NCBI RefSeq assembly: GCF_001194135.2
Contig: NC_068999.1
Coordinates: 34,605,813-34,639,820, forward strand
DNA: 34,008 nt
Direction of reading: 5' to 3'
DNA from: Octopus bimaculoides
Lineage: Eukaryota
Below, piece by piece: positions 20,668 to 32,205 of the stretch. Position 1 is the first letter of the stretch, and each line of letters begins with the position of its first letter. Under the pieces are notes generated by a model that did no database searches, was not told where the DNA came from, and saw nothing but the letters and a program-made list of their open reading frames with translations. Position numbers and translations under genes: made by a program.

Positions 20668-21840
20668 CTTTCAAGTAGTTCTTCATCTCGCCAATATAAA
20701 TTAGTTACCTAGGTGATTCTTAGTGCGCTAAATCAGAACAATCGGAAGAGAATTATCCTTGAGAAGCAAATATTTGGAGATAATCTTATTGCAGGTAGAA
20801 CAATGTTTTGATTCTTTTGTTAGAGCTGTTTTCGGAACTGAAATAATTAATTGCGCTCGCAAAACTTTTACAAGAATAACTTGCTTTAGTCAATTTTCTT
20901 TTTAAAAACTTATGACTAACTATAATACATTGAAGCATGGAAATAAATTGCCTTTAGAATTTTTCTGTGGCTCTTTATTTCCGCCTTTTTAGTATATTAT
21001 TCATGTTCATTGATGCCTTGGTGTATTGTCTCATATATGCTGTTTTATATGATTTTTGATAATGAGTTCTTCTGTTCTAATTAAATGTTTATATCTAAAA
21101 TAAGCATATGATTCGTATAATAAACTTTAGATGTGGCTTCTATATTTTAATAAGTGTAGCTATCTTATGTATTCATTGTGTAGTATTTCTTCTGTTATTT
21201 CATATTTGGATCTATTACTTTGTTAGAATGTTCGTTATAGATTAGTGATTGTTTTATTTTGCTGCTTCATTTGTGGTTCAGAATTTAAATGCTTTTATAA
21301 GTGAAGATAGCACCACTAACAAGGGTCTTTTCTCTATAAGTAGAGACAATTATTTGTATCTTTGGTGCGAATGGACGAGACGTATTTGAGATTTTCTAAT
21401 TAAATGTGTATATCTAAAAAGGGAGACATTGTATTTTCAGGAGATTGATATGCACTATACTTGAAACAGAACTTTAGTAGAAGGGTTTCCAAACATGTAT
21501 AGGTGCCCTAGTAAATTCGAAAATAAGATAATAATATATTCACATGTTTTCTTTATGCATTCACGTATAGTACTATTTTATTCTTTTTTTTAGATCGCCA
21601 GTATGATATAACCTGTAACTTATAAATCAAAGATTTTATAAAGTTGACGTTTCTTTAAAGATAGAAATAATTCCAGTCAGGAAGAAATTCTTGGAATGTG
21701 CGAAATTTTTCATCCTAATACATAAGTTTTGGAATCTTGAGAAAAGATCGAAACATCTCACCCAGCGTGTCCATATAAAGAACATATTATTCACATATTT
21801 CGCGTATATCCTATGTTTTTGTTTTGGCATCAATTATTTT
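20668..21840 (-). mobile_element. Highly decayed Penelope-like element (RT + GIY-YIG), Neptune-like
   Basis: Minus-strand motifs in the expected order: RIYAKYVNNMFFIWT (degenerate YxDD.FFIW, about 21770-21815), SPFLDIHI (about 21405-21430), HCSTC (about 20790-20805), YIGE (about 20687-20698). Many stops. Confidence 0.55.
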
Positions 21841-21959
21841 GTTTGTTATAAGCACGTAGAACGCTTGCGAACATTGACAATATGTATGAGTGCATGTGTA
21901 TGCGTGTGCACAGATCAAGCAATCAAAAAGGCTTCCCGAGACATCGGCTCATAAGGCTC

Positions 21960-22168
21960 ATAAGGTTGGCTACATATTAGCCCTCTCCCACATGGACGGG
22001 ACACTGGTCTATCGTAGGATTACACGTTTTCGCCAGGTGAGTGGACTGGAACGACGAGAAATAAAGTGTTTTGCTAAAAAAAAACATAATGCATCGTCCG
22101 GCCCAAGAATTAAAACCACAATCTTACGATCATGAGTGCACCACATCAACCACTAAGCCACGCGCATC
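21960..22168 (-). mobile_element. SINE family 3-type head with a different 3' tail
   Basis: GAGTGGACTGGAACGACGAGAAATAAAGTGTTTTGCT...CTTACGATCATGAG..AACCACTAAGCCACGCGC is the reverse complement of the family 3 head. Confidence 0.75.
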
Positions 22169-22365
22169 CACATGTGCACACATACATATAATTTGTATAT
22201 ACAGATAAGCAGATGTGTATAGTTCACGTGGGTGTGTCTGCATGCTTGAGTATGTTTATGTAAAGAATGTGCTTCTGCATGAGTGTGTACGCGAATCTTT
22301 GGGCAGATGCTGGAGGTGTGCGTACGTGTTTCTTTTGCGAGATTTTCAACGGTTTATAAAAAATA

Positions 22366-22369
<4 letters not shown>

Positions 22370-22434
<65 letters not shown>
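22370..22434. repeat. (GT)n microsatellite
   Basis: Direct reading. Confidence 0.97.
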
Positions 22435-22437
<3 letters not shown>

Positions 22438-23281
22438 CGTGTATGTGTTTGTGTGCACAGTTGTAAAGCAACATAAATTACTCAAAAATCGGCAGTTTTG
22501 CACTTCAGAAGCTCTAAAAGTGCATCAAATGAAACTCTTAGTCAATCAAGTTTACGTCAAAATAAGAAGTCTATATACGCAATAATTTTCAGTATTGAAT
22601 CCTATTTCTCCTGTTTATACAACCATACCTAAACGTGTGTTTTTGAGTAAATGAAAATGTATGTATATATGTATGCATGTATGTATGTACGTATGTGTAT
22701 ATGTGTATGTATTATGTATGTGTGTGTGTGTGTATGAATGTATGTATGTATGTATGTTCTCTTTCTCATTTTCATTTAGAGTAAATTTTGACCGGCCACC
22801 GATTTGGTAGCAAGATTGTGAAGGAAAGTATCTTGTGTTAACCGATATCCTTTAAATCTTTAAGTCTTGCAGATTTTTTATAGTCCCAGATATTGCGATC
22901 ATTTGTAGTGTATGAATTAAGGATTTCCATTCTCTCCTTGAGATTCCATGTTCAGCCANNNNNNNNNNNNNNNNNNNNNNNNNNNNNNNNNNNNNNNNNN
23001 NNNNNNNNNNNNNNNNNNNNNNNNNNNNNNNNNNNNNNNNNNNNNNNNNNNNNNNNNNNNNNNNNNNNNNNNNNNNNNNNNNNNNNNNNNNNNNNNNNNN
23101 NNNNNNNNNNNNNNNNNNNNNNNNNNNNNNNNNNNNNNNNNNNNNNNNNNNNNNNNNNNNNNNNNNNNNNNNNNNNNNNNNNNNNNNNNNNNNNNNNNNN
23201 NNNNNNNNNNNNNNNNNNNNNNNNNNNNNNNNNNNNNNNNNNNNNNNNNNNNNNNNNNNNNNNNNNNNNNNNNNNNNNNNN

Positions 23282-23439
23282 ACCAACCACATGGTTCTGG
23301 ATTCAGTCCCACTGCGTGGCACCTTGGGCAAGTGTCTTCTACTATAGCCTCGGGCCGACCAAAGCCTTGTGAGTGGATTTGTTAGACGGAAACTGAAAGA
23401 AGCCCGTCGTATATATGTATATATATATATATATATATC

Positions 23440-23474
<35 letters not shown>

Positions 23475-23700
23475 GTGTGTGTGCGTTTGTGTGTCTGTGT
23501 TTGTCCCCCCCCCAACATCGCTTGACAACCGATGCTGGTGTGTTTACGTCCTCGTAATTTAGCGGTTCAGCACAAAGTGACCGATAGAATAAGTACTAGG
23601 CTTACAAAGAATAAGTCCTGGGGTCGATTTGCTCGACTAAAGGCGGTGCTCCAGCCTGGCCGCAGTCAAATGACTGAAACAAGTAAAAGAGTAAAAGAGT
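23282..23700 (+). mobile_element. SINE family 1, young copy (5' end in gap)
   Basis: Very close to 6714-7133. Confidence 0.93.
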
Positions 23701-23937
23701 AATATATATACATACATACAAACATACATGCATGTACATTCATACATGTATGCATGTATATATATATATATATATGTATTTGTGTGTGTATATATATATA
23801 CACACCTGTATTACTCCATGTGGTACACGTACCAAACACTGGCCTCTCTAAGTTTTTCTGTAATGTCATTTTTTTAACATCATTTATGCATACATACATA
23901 CAAAGGTGCATACACGCACACATACACACATACATAA

Positions 23938-23939
<2 letters not shown>

Positions 23940-24004
<65 letters not shown>
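23940..24004. repeat. (GA)n microsatellite
   Basis: Direct reading. Confidence 0.98.
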
Positions 24005-24007
<3 letters not shown>

Positions 24008-24515
24008 TTTTATTTGTCATGTGACAAGTAATTTAGGAACATACGTTTGCTACTGTAGTAAAAATATGTAATAATTACATCTGTACTTAATTGCAAATTA
24101 AAACGTATTATTGTTATTGGTAACATATTATTGCAATGATATAAGTTAGAAATTTGTTTAGACCATATTTTAATTTGATAAGCATTTCATTTTGAATATT
24201 CATTTCATTATTTTGTTGAAGCATTAAAACGTTTGAAGTTTGTAAAATTGTTATTATTGTACCTGTCTAATGTTACATGGTGATACGCATACTGGCCAAA
24301 GTACATATCCAACAATACCCATCCTACGAAAGCTAATACTGTAGCTTATTTTATAAATGTACATCCAACGGTCGGTAGCACGACTGTGTAGGAGAGGGTT
24401 AACGGGACTAGTAGGAGGGTTCTGGCCTGGAGCGGATGTTGGAGGCTCTCATTGGTCACTTTGAGTATTTCTCTTAAGTATTTCTCTCGTCGAACAGTTG
24501 TGATATATAGCCACA

Positions 24516-24672
24516 AGCGCGGCTGTGTGACAAAGAAATTTGCTCCCAAGCCACATGGTTCCGGGTTCAGTTCACCTGCGTGGCACGCTGGGCGCGTGCC
24601 TTCTACTAAACCTTCAGATCGACCAAAGCCTGATAAATAGATTTGGTTGACAGAAACTGAAATAAGCCAGAT
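24516..24672 (+). mobile_element. SINE family 1, head only
   Basis: GCGCGGCTGTGTGA..CCACATGGTTCCGGGTTCAGT..GAAACTGAAATAAGCC, then (CA)n. Confidence 0.8.
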
Positions 24673-24673
24673 G

Positions 24674-24714
<41 letters not shown>

Positions 24715-24948
24715 ACACACATATATATATATAGCAAAGGTATAAGAGGTATTAGTATCCAGAAGACCCAAGGGAGCAGGTAAGGCCTATGTAAGTGCTA
24801 TGGAACGACCGTAGTTAAACTCTCGGTTCGGTAATAATACGAGTGAGGTGTCTTATGCGGGTCTTGTATGAGTATGTATATGTTAAATTAAATGAGACAA
24901 TAAAGCCAAGGCTGTGTGGAATTTCAGGACATTTATAAAGAGATAGTT

Positions 24949-24998
24949 AGTCTTACAACTGTTTCTGGGATATTAGGTATATCCCTTCTTCAGAGGAT
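24949..24998 (-). ncRNA. Type I hammerhead ribozyme-like motif (family C), probably decayed
   Basis: Minus strand ATCCT-CTGAAGA-A-GGGATAT ACCTA ATATCCC-A-GAAACAGTTGTA-AGACT: canonical CUGAAGA core, perfect 7-bp stem II, near-palindromic ACAG(C>T)TGT stem III, GUA triplet. Stem I is imperfect. Confidence 0.65.
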
Positions 24999-25182
24999 GA
25001 AAATAAGAAGTATGAAGGGAAATAAGAGAATAAAAGTAAAAATAAGAATATATGTAGGATGTTATAGTTGCAGTTCATTTATACAAGGAAGGTGGTGTGT
25101 AGAAGAGGTAGAAATGCTTAATACCAATAGTCAAGGAGAAATTGAACATCAACTTATGGTCTTGTACAAGTGAAGTCATAAC

Positions 25183-25884
25183 ATGGTTCCATCTCTTAAA
25201 CAACAAAACTCTTCTTTCGATATAGATAATTACTATTCTTCTATTTCTCCCAAACGTTTTGATCAAGCTCTCCTTCTAGCTAGGAATTTAACTAAACTAA
25301 CCTTACTAGAAATTAACATAATTCTTAATGCCCGTAAAACCCTAATTTCTTTCGAGGACAACCTTTGGTGCCAGGCCAACCACTATAACGATAACCACAG
25401 CAAATTATTTGACATTACTATGGGATCATCCGACTCCACCCAAGTCATCGACCTCGTTGTACTATACATAATCCACCAGCTCCGAATATATTTCCCTAAC
25501 ATCAAGGGAGACCTCTACAGGGATGACGCTTTACCAGTCACTAAAGGCGTTAATAAATCCCCTTTAGAACGGGTTAGGAAAGATCTACATAAATTTCTGT
25601 CAAACCTCAACCTATCTATTACTTTTGGAAATTCCCACAAAACCACTAATATTTTAGATGTAATTTTAAACTAAGAAACCTCCCAATACTCCCTATATCA
25701 TAAACCTAACCAATACCTTAAGTACTTAAATATTAATTCCAATCACCACATATCCACTTTTGATAATATAGTTAAGGGTATCTTGATTCGTATATCTGAC
25801 CTCTCATCCACTGAGGAAGTATTCAATAACCGTGCTCCATGTTACAACCAAGCGCTCACTGCCAGAGGCTTCTCCCAACAAATT
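25183..25884 (+). pseudogene. Penelope-like reverse transcriptase fragment (Naiad-like motifs), one in-frame TAA
   Basis: SFDIDNYYSSIS, LFDITMGSSDSTQVIDLVVLYI, DLYRDDAL, TNILDVILN*ETSQYSLYHKPN, NSNHH, RISDLSSTEEVFN..YNQALTARGF in a single frame. Truncated before the endonuclease. The clade label is from recall. Confidence 0.85.
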
Positions 25885-26025
25885 AGTAGTGGGGTCGATT
25901 CCAAAACGGTGGCCCAGCAGGATCGCAGTCTGATGTCTGAAGAATTAAAACACACACACACGCACACGCGCACGCACACACGCACACACACACACATACA
26001 CACACACACACACACGCACGCATAT

Positions 26026-26074
26026 TCTTTTACTTGTTTCAGTCATCTGACTACGGCCATACTAGAGCACTGCC
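26026..26074 (-). mobile_element. Isolated SINE family 1-type 3' tail
   Basis: Reverse complement GGCAGTGCTCTAGTATGGCCGTAGTCAGATGACTGAAACAAGTAAAAGA. Confidence 0.8.
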
Positions 26075-26080
26075 TTTTAT

Positions 26081-27105
26081 TCTTTTACGCGTTTCAGTCA
26101 TGCGGATTCGGTCATACAGGTGCACCACTGTGGTCTTTTTGATTTCTTCAGTCTGGGGTGTTTCACATCACCACTCTTGTATGTACCAGCTGTTGGTACA
26201 TTTGTTGTATAAGGGAGTTTGATTCTGCTGCCCTCGTCTGCACCTCATGTCGGGATGTTGGTTCATCCAGTATTGTGGAGAGGAAGATGTCTAGTTCCTT
26301 TTTGAAGACATCTACTTCCACCTTATGCAGATTTCTTAATTTTTGTGGCAGGGTATTGAAGAGCTGTGGGCCTTTAAACAATAGACTATTGCAGTATCAG
26401 ATCCTGAATTTAGATGGAGTGGATGATACCTTTGTCACAATTCAATGGCATCTGTATAACACTCAATGCCGAAATTAGGTACCAGCCCTTCTAGAATTTT
26501 ACTATATGTAAATTATTGCATATCTCTCACGCCTTCGCTGCAGGGAGTAAAGTTGCAGTTTTCTCAGCCTATCCATGTAGCTTATCCTCTGCACTCTTTC
26601 AATCTTTTTAGTGTAGTGGCGTTGGGCTACTTCAATCTCCGCTGTTAGTTTGGCACTATGTGGTGACCATAACTGGGAGCAGTAGTCCAAGCGGCTGATA
26701 ACGACGGTTCTCCACAGGGTCAACATTGTTTCTTGGTCTCTTGTCTTGAAAGACTTCAGTATCCATCCAGTCAGTTGCCTACACTTTGCTGCCATCTTGG
26801 TAATGTGCATAGAAAATAATGCGTTATTGCACATACTGATCCCCAAGTTTTTCACTGCTTGTGACTCTGGGATTGTAGTGCCTTCGAGTTGTATAAATGC
26901 AGGGTGTAATGCATTCGTGAGTTGATAGTGCACTAGTTGAAATTTGCCCACATTAAACTGCATGTTTATTTCAGCCCACTTGTATGTCAAAATTCAGGTC
27001 CCGTTGTAAGCTTGCGACGTCATGTTGGTTCTTTTATTGCCTGTGATAATTTTGTATCATCGGCATAGCTAGTGACAATGGCTGTCCGAGTGACCCTGGA
27101 CATGT
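26081..27105 (-). mobile_element. 5'-truncated CR1-group non-LTR retrotransposon (RT C-terminus + 3' UTR)
   Basis: VTSYADDTKL, MQFNVGKFQLVHY, VKNLGI, FKTRDQETMLTLWRTVVISRLDYCSQLWSP, LYSLQRRRERYAIIYI, KGPQLFNTLP, RAAESNSLIQQ. Stops and frameshifts present. Confidence 0.9.
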
Positions 27106-27120
27106 GTATATATATATATA

Positions 27121-27239
27121 GTTCAAATTTACAGAAAAGAAAAGACGGAGAGAGGTGAGGGAACAATAAGCAAGTGTATTAGTTTAACGCTCGGGAAGAA
27201 TGGAAAAGTCTTTGACGTTTCTAGCCTACACTCATCGGG

Positions 27240-27240
<1 letters not shown>
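27121..27240 (-). mobile_element. Family A-related PLE-terminus fragment between microsatellites
   Basis: Shares AACGCTCGGGA..GAAAAGTCTTTGACGTTTC.AGCCTAC.CTC with 58-275 and 33493-33685. Confidence 0.65.
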
Positions 27241-27301
<61 letters not shown>

Positions 27302-27326
27302 CATATACATATACATATACAAATAC

Positions 27327-27363
<37 letters not shown>

Positions 27364-27666
27364 CACTCAGTGTATATTTCTGCATATTCTATAATCACAG
27401 ATATATTTCTTTCTGAATGCATGAGTAGTATATATACATATGTTCATGCATATATACCAACGCATAGACGTATAATATATGTGTGAGTGTGCAGAAAAAA
27501 CGAGATATTGGCAGGGCGTAATAGATAAATAGATAGATAGCGAGAGAGAAGAGGGTAGACAGAGAGAGAGAGGGGGAGGGAGAGAGAGAGAGAGAGAAAG
27601 AAAGAGAGAGAGAGAAAGAGAGAGAGAGAGTAAGAGAAAGAGAGAAAGAGAGAAAGAGAGAGAGAG
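27241..27666. repeat. Compound (CA)/(TA)/(GATA)/(GA) microsatellite region
   Basis: Direct reading. Confidence 0.9.
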
Positions 27667-27961
27667 GTACACACGTACAGAGATGGGACATCTATGTTCC
27701 TATAACATGTAAGTACGGAAATTCACAGTAAGGGATATAAACGGTTGACTGGGTAGCTGGACTGTATGTGTAGGGGGTAGGGTGGGTGAGTGTAGAAATG
27801 GAGTAGGCGAAGCGGTAGCTCGACTGTATCTAGGAGTGTGTATACATGTGGGGGTAGGTTTCGAATGGGTAGCTGGACTGCTGAGTAGAGGGTTGAGGTA
27901 TGGGTCGGATGGATGCTGGATGACAAAAAAAAAGGTAGCAGCAAGAACGACTGAACTACAG

Positions 27962-28122
27962 AAGACCACAAGCACCACCACCACCACCACCACTATGACT
28001 ACCTTTACCATCATCACCATTACTACTACTATTACTACCATCATCATCACCAACACTGATACCATCATCACCACTACTATCACCACCACCACCACCACCA
28101 CCACCATAGCAACCATCACAAT

Positions 28123-28175
<53 letters not shown>

Positions 28176-28471
28176 TTACCACCTTCACCGCCACCATCAC
28201 TATCACCACTACCACCACCACCACCAACAACATCACCACCAATACTACAACGAGCCTCAACATCACTACCATTGCTACTACTCCTACTACCACCACTACC
28301 ATCACCAACACTAACACCAACACCACAGCTACTACTTGTACTACCATCAGCACCAGCTCCCCTACTACTAGTGCTGCTGCTGCTACTACTACTACTACTA
28401 CCACCACTACTACCACCACCACCACTACTACTACTACTATTACTACTACTACTACCACCACTACTACCACC

Positions 28472-28533
<62 letters not shown>

Positions 28534-28570
28534 CACCACCACTACTACCACCACCACTACTACTACTAAT
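27962..28570. repeat. About 600-bp degenerate (ACC/ACT)n trinucleotide array
   Basis: Direct reading. Gives poly-Thr/Val/Gly-Ser ORFs. Confidence 0.95.
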
Positions 28571-28693
28571 GCTTTTGAGGAAAGACAATGACAGCAACAA
28601 CTAATATATTAACAATACCTCCAAAAACAATTAAATCCTCGAAAGTTCATTTGTTAATGTGGAATATTCATGACTTAATTAACTCATTAATTA

Positions 28694-28789
28694 TGTATGA
28701 GTTTCCGCTGTCTATTGACGGGTTGCACCACCCCGAAGTGTATGAGTTTCCGCTATCTGAAGACGGGTTGCACCACCCCGTATTGTATG
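28694..28789. repeat. 45-bp tandem duplication (x2 + partial)
   Basis: Units 28694-28738 and 28739-28783: TGTATGAGTTTCCGCT.TCT...GACGGGTTGCACCACCCCG. Confidence 0.92.
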
Positions 28790-28974
28790 CAGCCAGTGCT
28801 AAGTACATGCGAGGTCATTTCACACATTTGACACATCTGCAGTGTTTTACTCTTAATAATGTTACACGCATTGCTAATTGCATAATAATTACTATTGCTG
28901 TAAATGTAGCAGCAGCAGCAGCAGCATGGCATGAGTGAAAGGAACTGAGAGGGAGCAACATGTGCGGATGGATA

Positions 28975-29033
28975 TATGTATGTGTATAAGTATATATGTG
29001 TGCGTATGTTTGTATATATGTATGCGTGTACAA

Positions 29034-29066
<33 letters not shown>

Positions 29067-29165
29067 TGTATGTATGTATGTATGTATGTAGGAATACATC
29101 TATGTATGTATGTAGGAATACATCTATGTATGTACGAACGTATGTCCTAATGTATGTACGTATGC
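28975..29165. repeat. (TATG)n-based microsatellite with a 24-bp duplication
   Basis: Direct reading. GGAATACATCTATGTATGTA occurs twice. Confidence 0.9.
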
Positions 29166-29167
29166 GT

Positions 29168-29421
29168 GAAGGCGTTTGGTCTAGCGGCTAGGCTGTTGCG
29201 CTCACGATCGCTTGATCGTGGTTTCGATTCCCTGGTTGATCGGCGCGTGGGGTTCTTGAGCAAAACGCTTCCTTTCATGTTGTTCCAGTTCCCATTTCGA
29301 TCAGGGTAAAATGTTGGCTTGCTCGCTTAACCAGCGGAGTGGCGTTATTTGAGGGCTAAAACAATGTAAAAACGCATTGTGACCAGCGTTGTACAATAAC
29401 ATCTGACAGCCTGGTCGATCC
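29168..29421 (+). mobile_element. SINE family 3-type head with a third 3' tail
   Basis: GAAGGCGTTTGGTCTAGCGGCTAGG..CACGATCG..GGTTTCGATTCCC..TTCTTGAGCAAAACGCTT. Confidence 0.7.
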
Positions 29422-29766
29422 CATGATGTACCTATGCATGTACATATGTATGTATGCATGTGCACAAGTATGTATGCTCTGGAGTTACCCGTTCAGGAAA
29501 ACATGATAAAGTCGCTGAAAATAAAATACTCAGTGTACATATACAGGTTTGAAACATGTTTTATCAGATAGAGACGAACAAATTATGCTTTCGAATGAAA
29601 CAAAAACAATTTTTGTGGAACTCACTGTTAAAAGCAAATTAGAATGGGACTGCCCAGGTGTCGAAACCATAGTGATATCCGTAGGGCAGCTGATGATGGA
29701 GGTGTGTTGGATTGTTGGTATAGCTGTTATTGTATGTGCTGAAAAGTTTTATAAGGCATCCATTTG

Positions 29767-29823
<57 letters not shown>

Positions 29824-30537
29824 TGTATTTGTCCTGCACCACCGCTTCTCAAAAGGATGAATATTAATATTGTCTAGATAGTTCTTCGAGGCATTTGATG
29901 TCGTTGTTGTTATTCTTGTTTAACTCCAGTTTAACCCTGGTCCAGCCGACCAACAGTCAATTGTATTTCAATCGTGACTTTCCTATCTTTCGTACAACTA
30001 CATTCCTTATTCGATACGGTTAGGTGTAATTTTAGGGAGACGTAACTGTTACTTCTAGTCGGATTGGCGGCAACGTTGATTTGCTAATGAGTGTCGTTGC
30101 TGAAAACAGCTAAATCTCTGTGCCTTAAAGCGTTATCAACTGTTCCTTTAGCATTTCAGACACCATGCTGTGATATAACATTTCATTATGATATTTGTTA
30201 AAATTAGTCGCACCCTGTGCACTACTTGACAAGTTAAGCAGTTACTCCAGTGTTAATGCTAAGTTAGAAGTTGTGTAAACTATTTCTTATCTGGAAGGAA
30301 GCCATCACGAGCAAATAATCTTACGCCCAGAACATAAATTTACCTTTGATAATTTTTTCCTTGGTCCGTGAGCCATGTGAAAACACAGTAGAATCTCTAC
30401 AGTTTAAAATCTCTGCTTTCTACATCATAATTATCTTATAATTACATGCATAGATACATATATGCATGCATACATATGTGCAAACATTCATTCATTCATT
30501 CCGTATATATACATTTAAAAAAACCTAAAAATTGACA

Positions 30538-30705
30538 CCTGTCGCTTACATCGACGAGGGTTCCAGTTGATCCGGTCAGCGGAACAGCCTTCTCGTGAAA
30601 TTAACGTGTAAGTAGCAGAGCACTTCACAGAGAAGCACTCTTAACATATTTCTCAGGGAGGTTCATCGTGACACAGAATGTGACAAAGCCAGTCCTTTAA
30701 AATAC
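30538..30705 (-). mobile_element. SINE family 3, 3' half
   Basis: GACGAGGGTTCCAGTTGATC..GTGAAATTAACGTG..CTCAGGGAG.TTCA.CGTGACACAGA is the reverse complement of 12335-12480. Confidence 0.78.
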
Positions 30706-31014
30706 ATACATACATATATAATAATATATAAATATATGCATATATCCATACATATATGTACATATCTACATCTATATATATACATACATGCATATATAGG
30801 TACAGGACATCACAAAAAAAAAAAGAAAAAACGTTAAACACAATGAGAAATGAAAACATAAAGACGAAAACAGAAAGCGAACTTTTTTTGAACAACGAAA
30901 AAAACAGAGAAACAAAGAATATTCTCCTTCATCAGTTGTCCCTGTCCATCTACTCCGCGTTTGGAAGGCAGTACATACCTACATATACGTTCATATACAC
31001 ATATATTATGTGTG

Positions 31015-32205
31015 TAGGGTATCCCCCTCTCCCCCAAAAAACGTATACACAAATTTACAGCTAATAATTCAACCCTCCTTTCTTTTTAAAGTTGACACAT
31101 TAGAACTAATGAAAGGACCCAGATTAAGCTTTGAGCAACGTGAAATTCATGCCAATGTGCCACTTGAAGTTCGAAAACGCAGAGAAAGTAAAAAAAAACA
31201 ATTTAGAATGGAGTTCTGGAGTTTCAAATTTATCTGCATACACGACTAACCATCACTCGAGATAGGGGCGTGTTTGGAGTAGATGGAGCTGTTCAGAATA
31301 TCCACAAGAAAGGTTCTGGTAGACATCGGACACTGACGAGGTATTTGAAAAATATTGTGAGAGTCGAAGAAAAACCTGTGAGGCAAGTGAATCGTGAGAT
31401 GGAAATTTCAAAATCAAACGATCATCGCATTTTGAAGTGTTGCTATTAGAAAGATTACATTTCATGAGTAGTCCATGCTCTCAATGAAGGTGATACGAAC
31501 TGGATAGTGGAATTTTGCGAGTTATAGTTGGAAAGATGTGTTGAAGATGCTCACTTTCGGACAAAAACTGTTTGACGTAATGAAATTACATTTAAAAGAT
31601 AGCTCAATTCGACGCCAAAGTTGTACCTACAGAGGAACTGACATTCTGCGTATTACGGCTTAACACCATATTAATTTAGCAAGTGTTGCAGTATGGTGTG
31701 GCTTATTATCTAAAGGATTAATAGAACTGTTTTTTATGGTACTCTTACTGGTCTCATTTAATTGAACTTGATACTACGGTTTGTCGAGCATTCAAGAGAA
31801 ATTTGAAGATGTGGCGTTTTATTTTCACCAAGACGGGACCCACACATACACACTCACACACACTACCATAGTAACTTAAAGCCCTACATAGTTGAGAATT
31901 TATCAAACATGTCGGTTGAACAAAGAAAGAGACTGAGCTGAGAACCCTACTCATTTATCGGACCTCACACAACCAGAGTTTTATTTTTTTATGGGAATAC
32001 TTATTGGAATACTTAAAAGATAGATTTTAGGGTACAAGGCCGGCAACAGTCGACAAATTGAGGGTAGCTATTGAACGAGAACGCGGACAAATATCGAACG
32101 AAATATTGCTTACGATTCCATTACTTTGCGTTATGAGCAAGTCAGAACGATTACCAATTTGAAAACAAGCATTCAATGCCTGTATACATTTTCTGGGACA
32201 CCCTG
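31015..32205 (+). mobile_element. Near full-length decayed Tc1/mariner transposon, rosa (DD41D)-like
   Basis: TIR remnants at 31015-31050 (TAGGGTATCCC..AAAAAACGTATAC) and 32181-32205 (reverse complement CAGGGTGTCCCAGAAAATGTATACA). Transposase pieces MKGPRLSFEQR (ATG 31109), RLTITRDR..GAVQNIHKKGSGRHRT, VHALNEGD..IVEFCE, VAVWCGL, FHQDG, SDLTQPEFYFLWEYL. About 41 residues between the 2nd and 3rd catalytic positions after manual frame repair. Confidence 0.85.

Noticed and set aside
25672-25674. In-frame stop in the PLE RT as possible selenocysteine recoding
   Set aside because: The codon is TAA, not TGA.
29655-29700. GAAAC ... CTGATGA, possible type II hammerhead
   Set aside because: Stems II and III do not pair.
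30905-30940. Minus-strand CTGATGAAGGAGAATATTCTTT
   Set aside because: Followed by GTTT instead of GAAA, so the fold cannot be completed.
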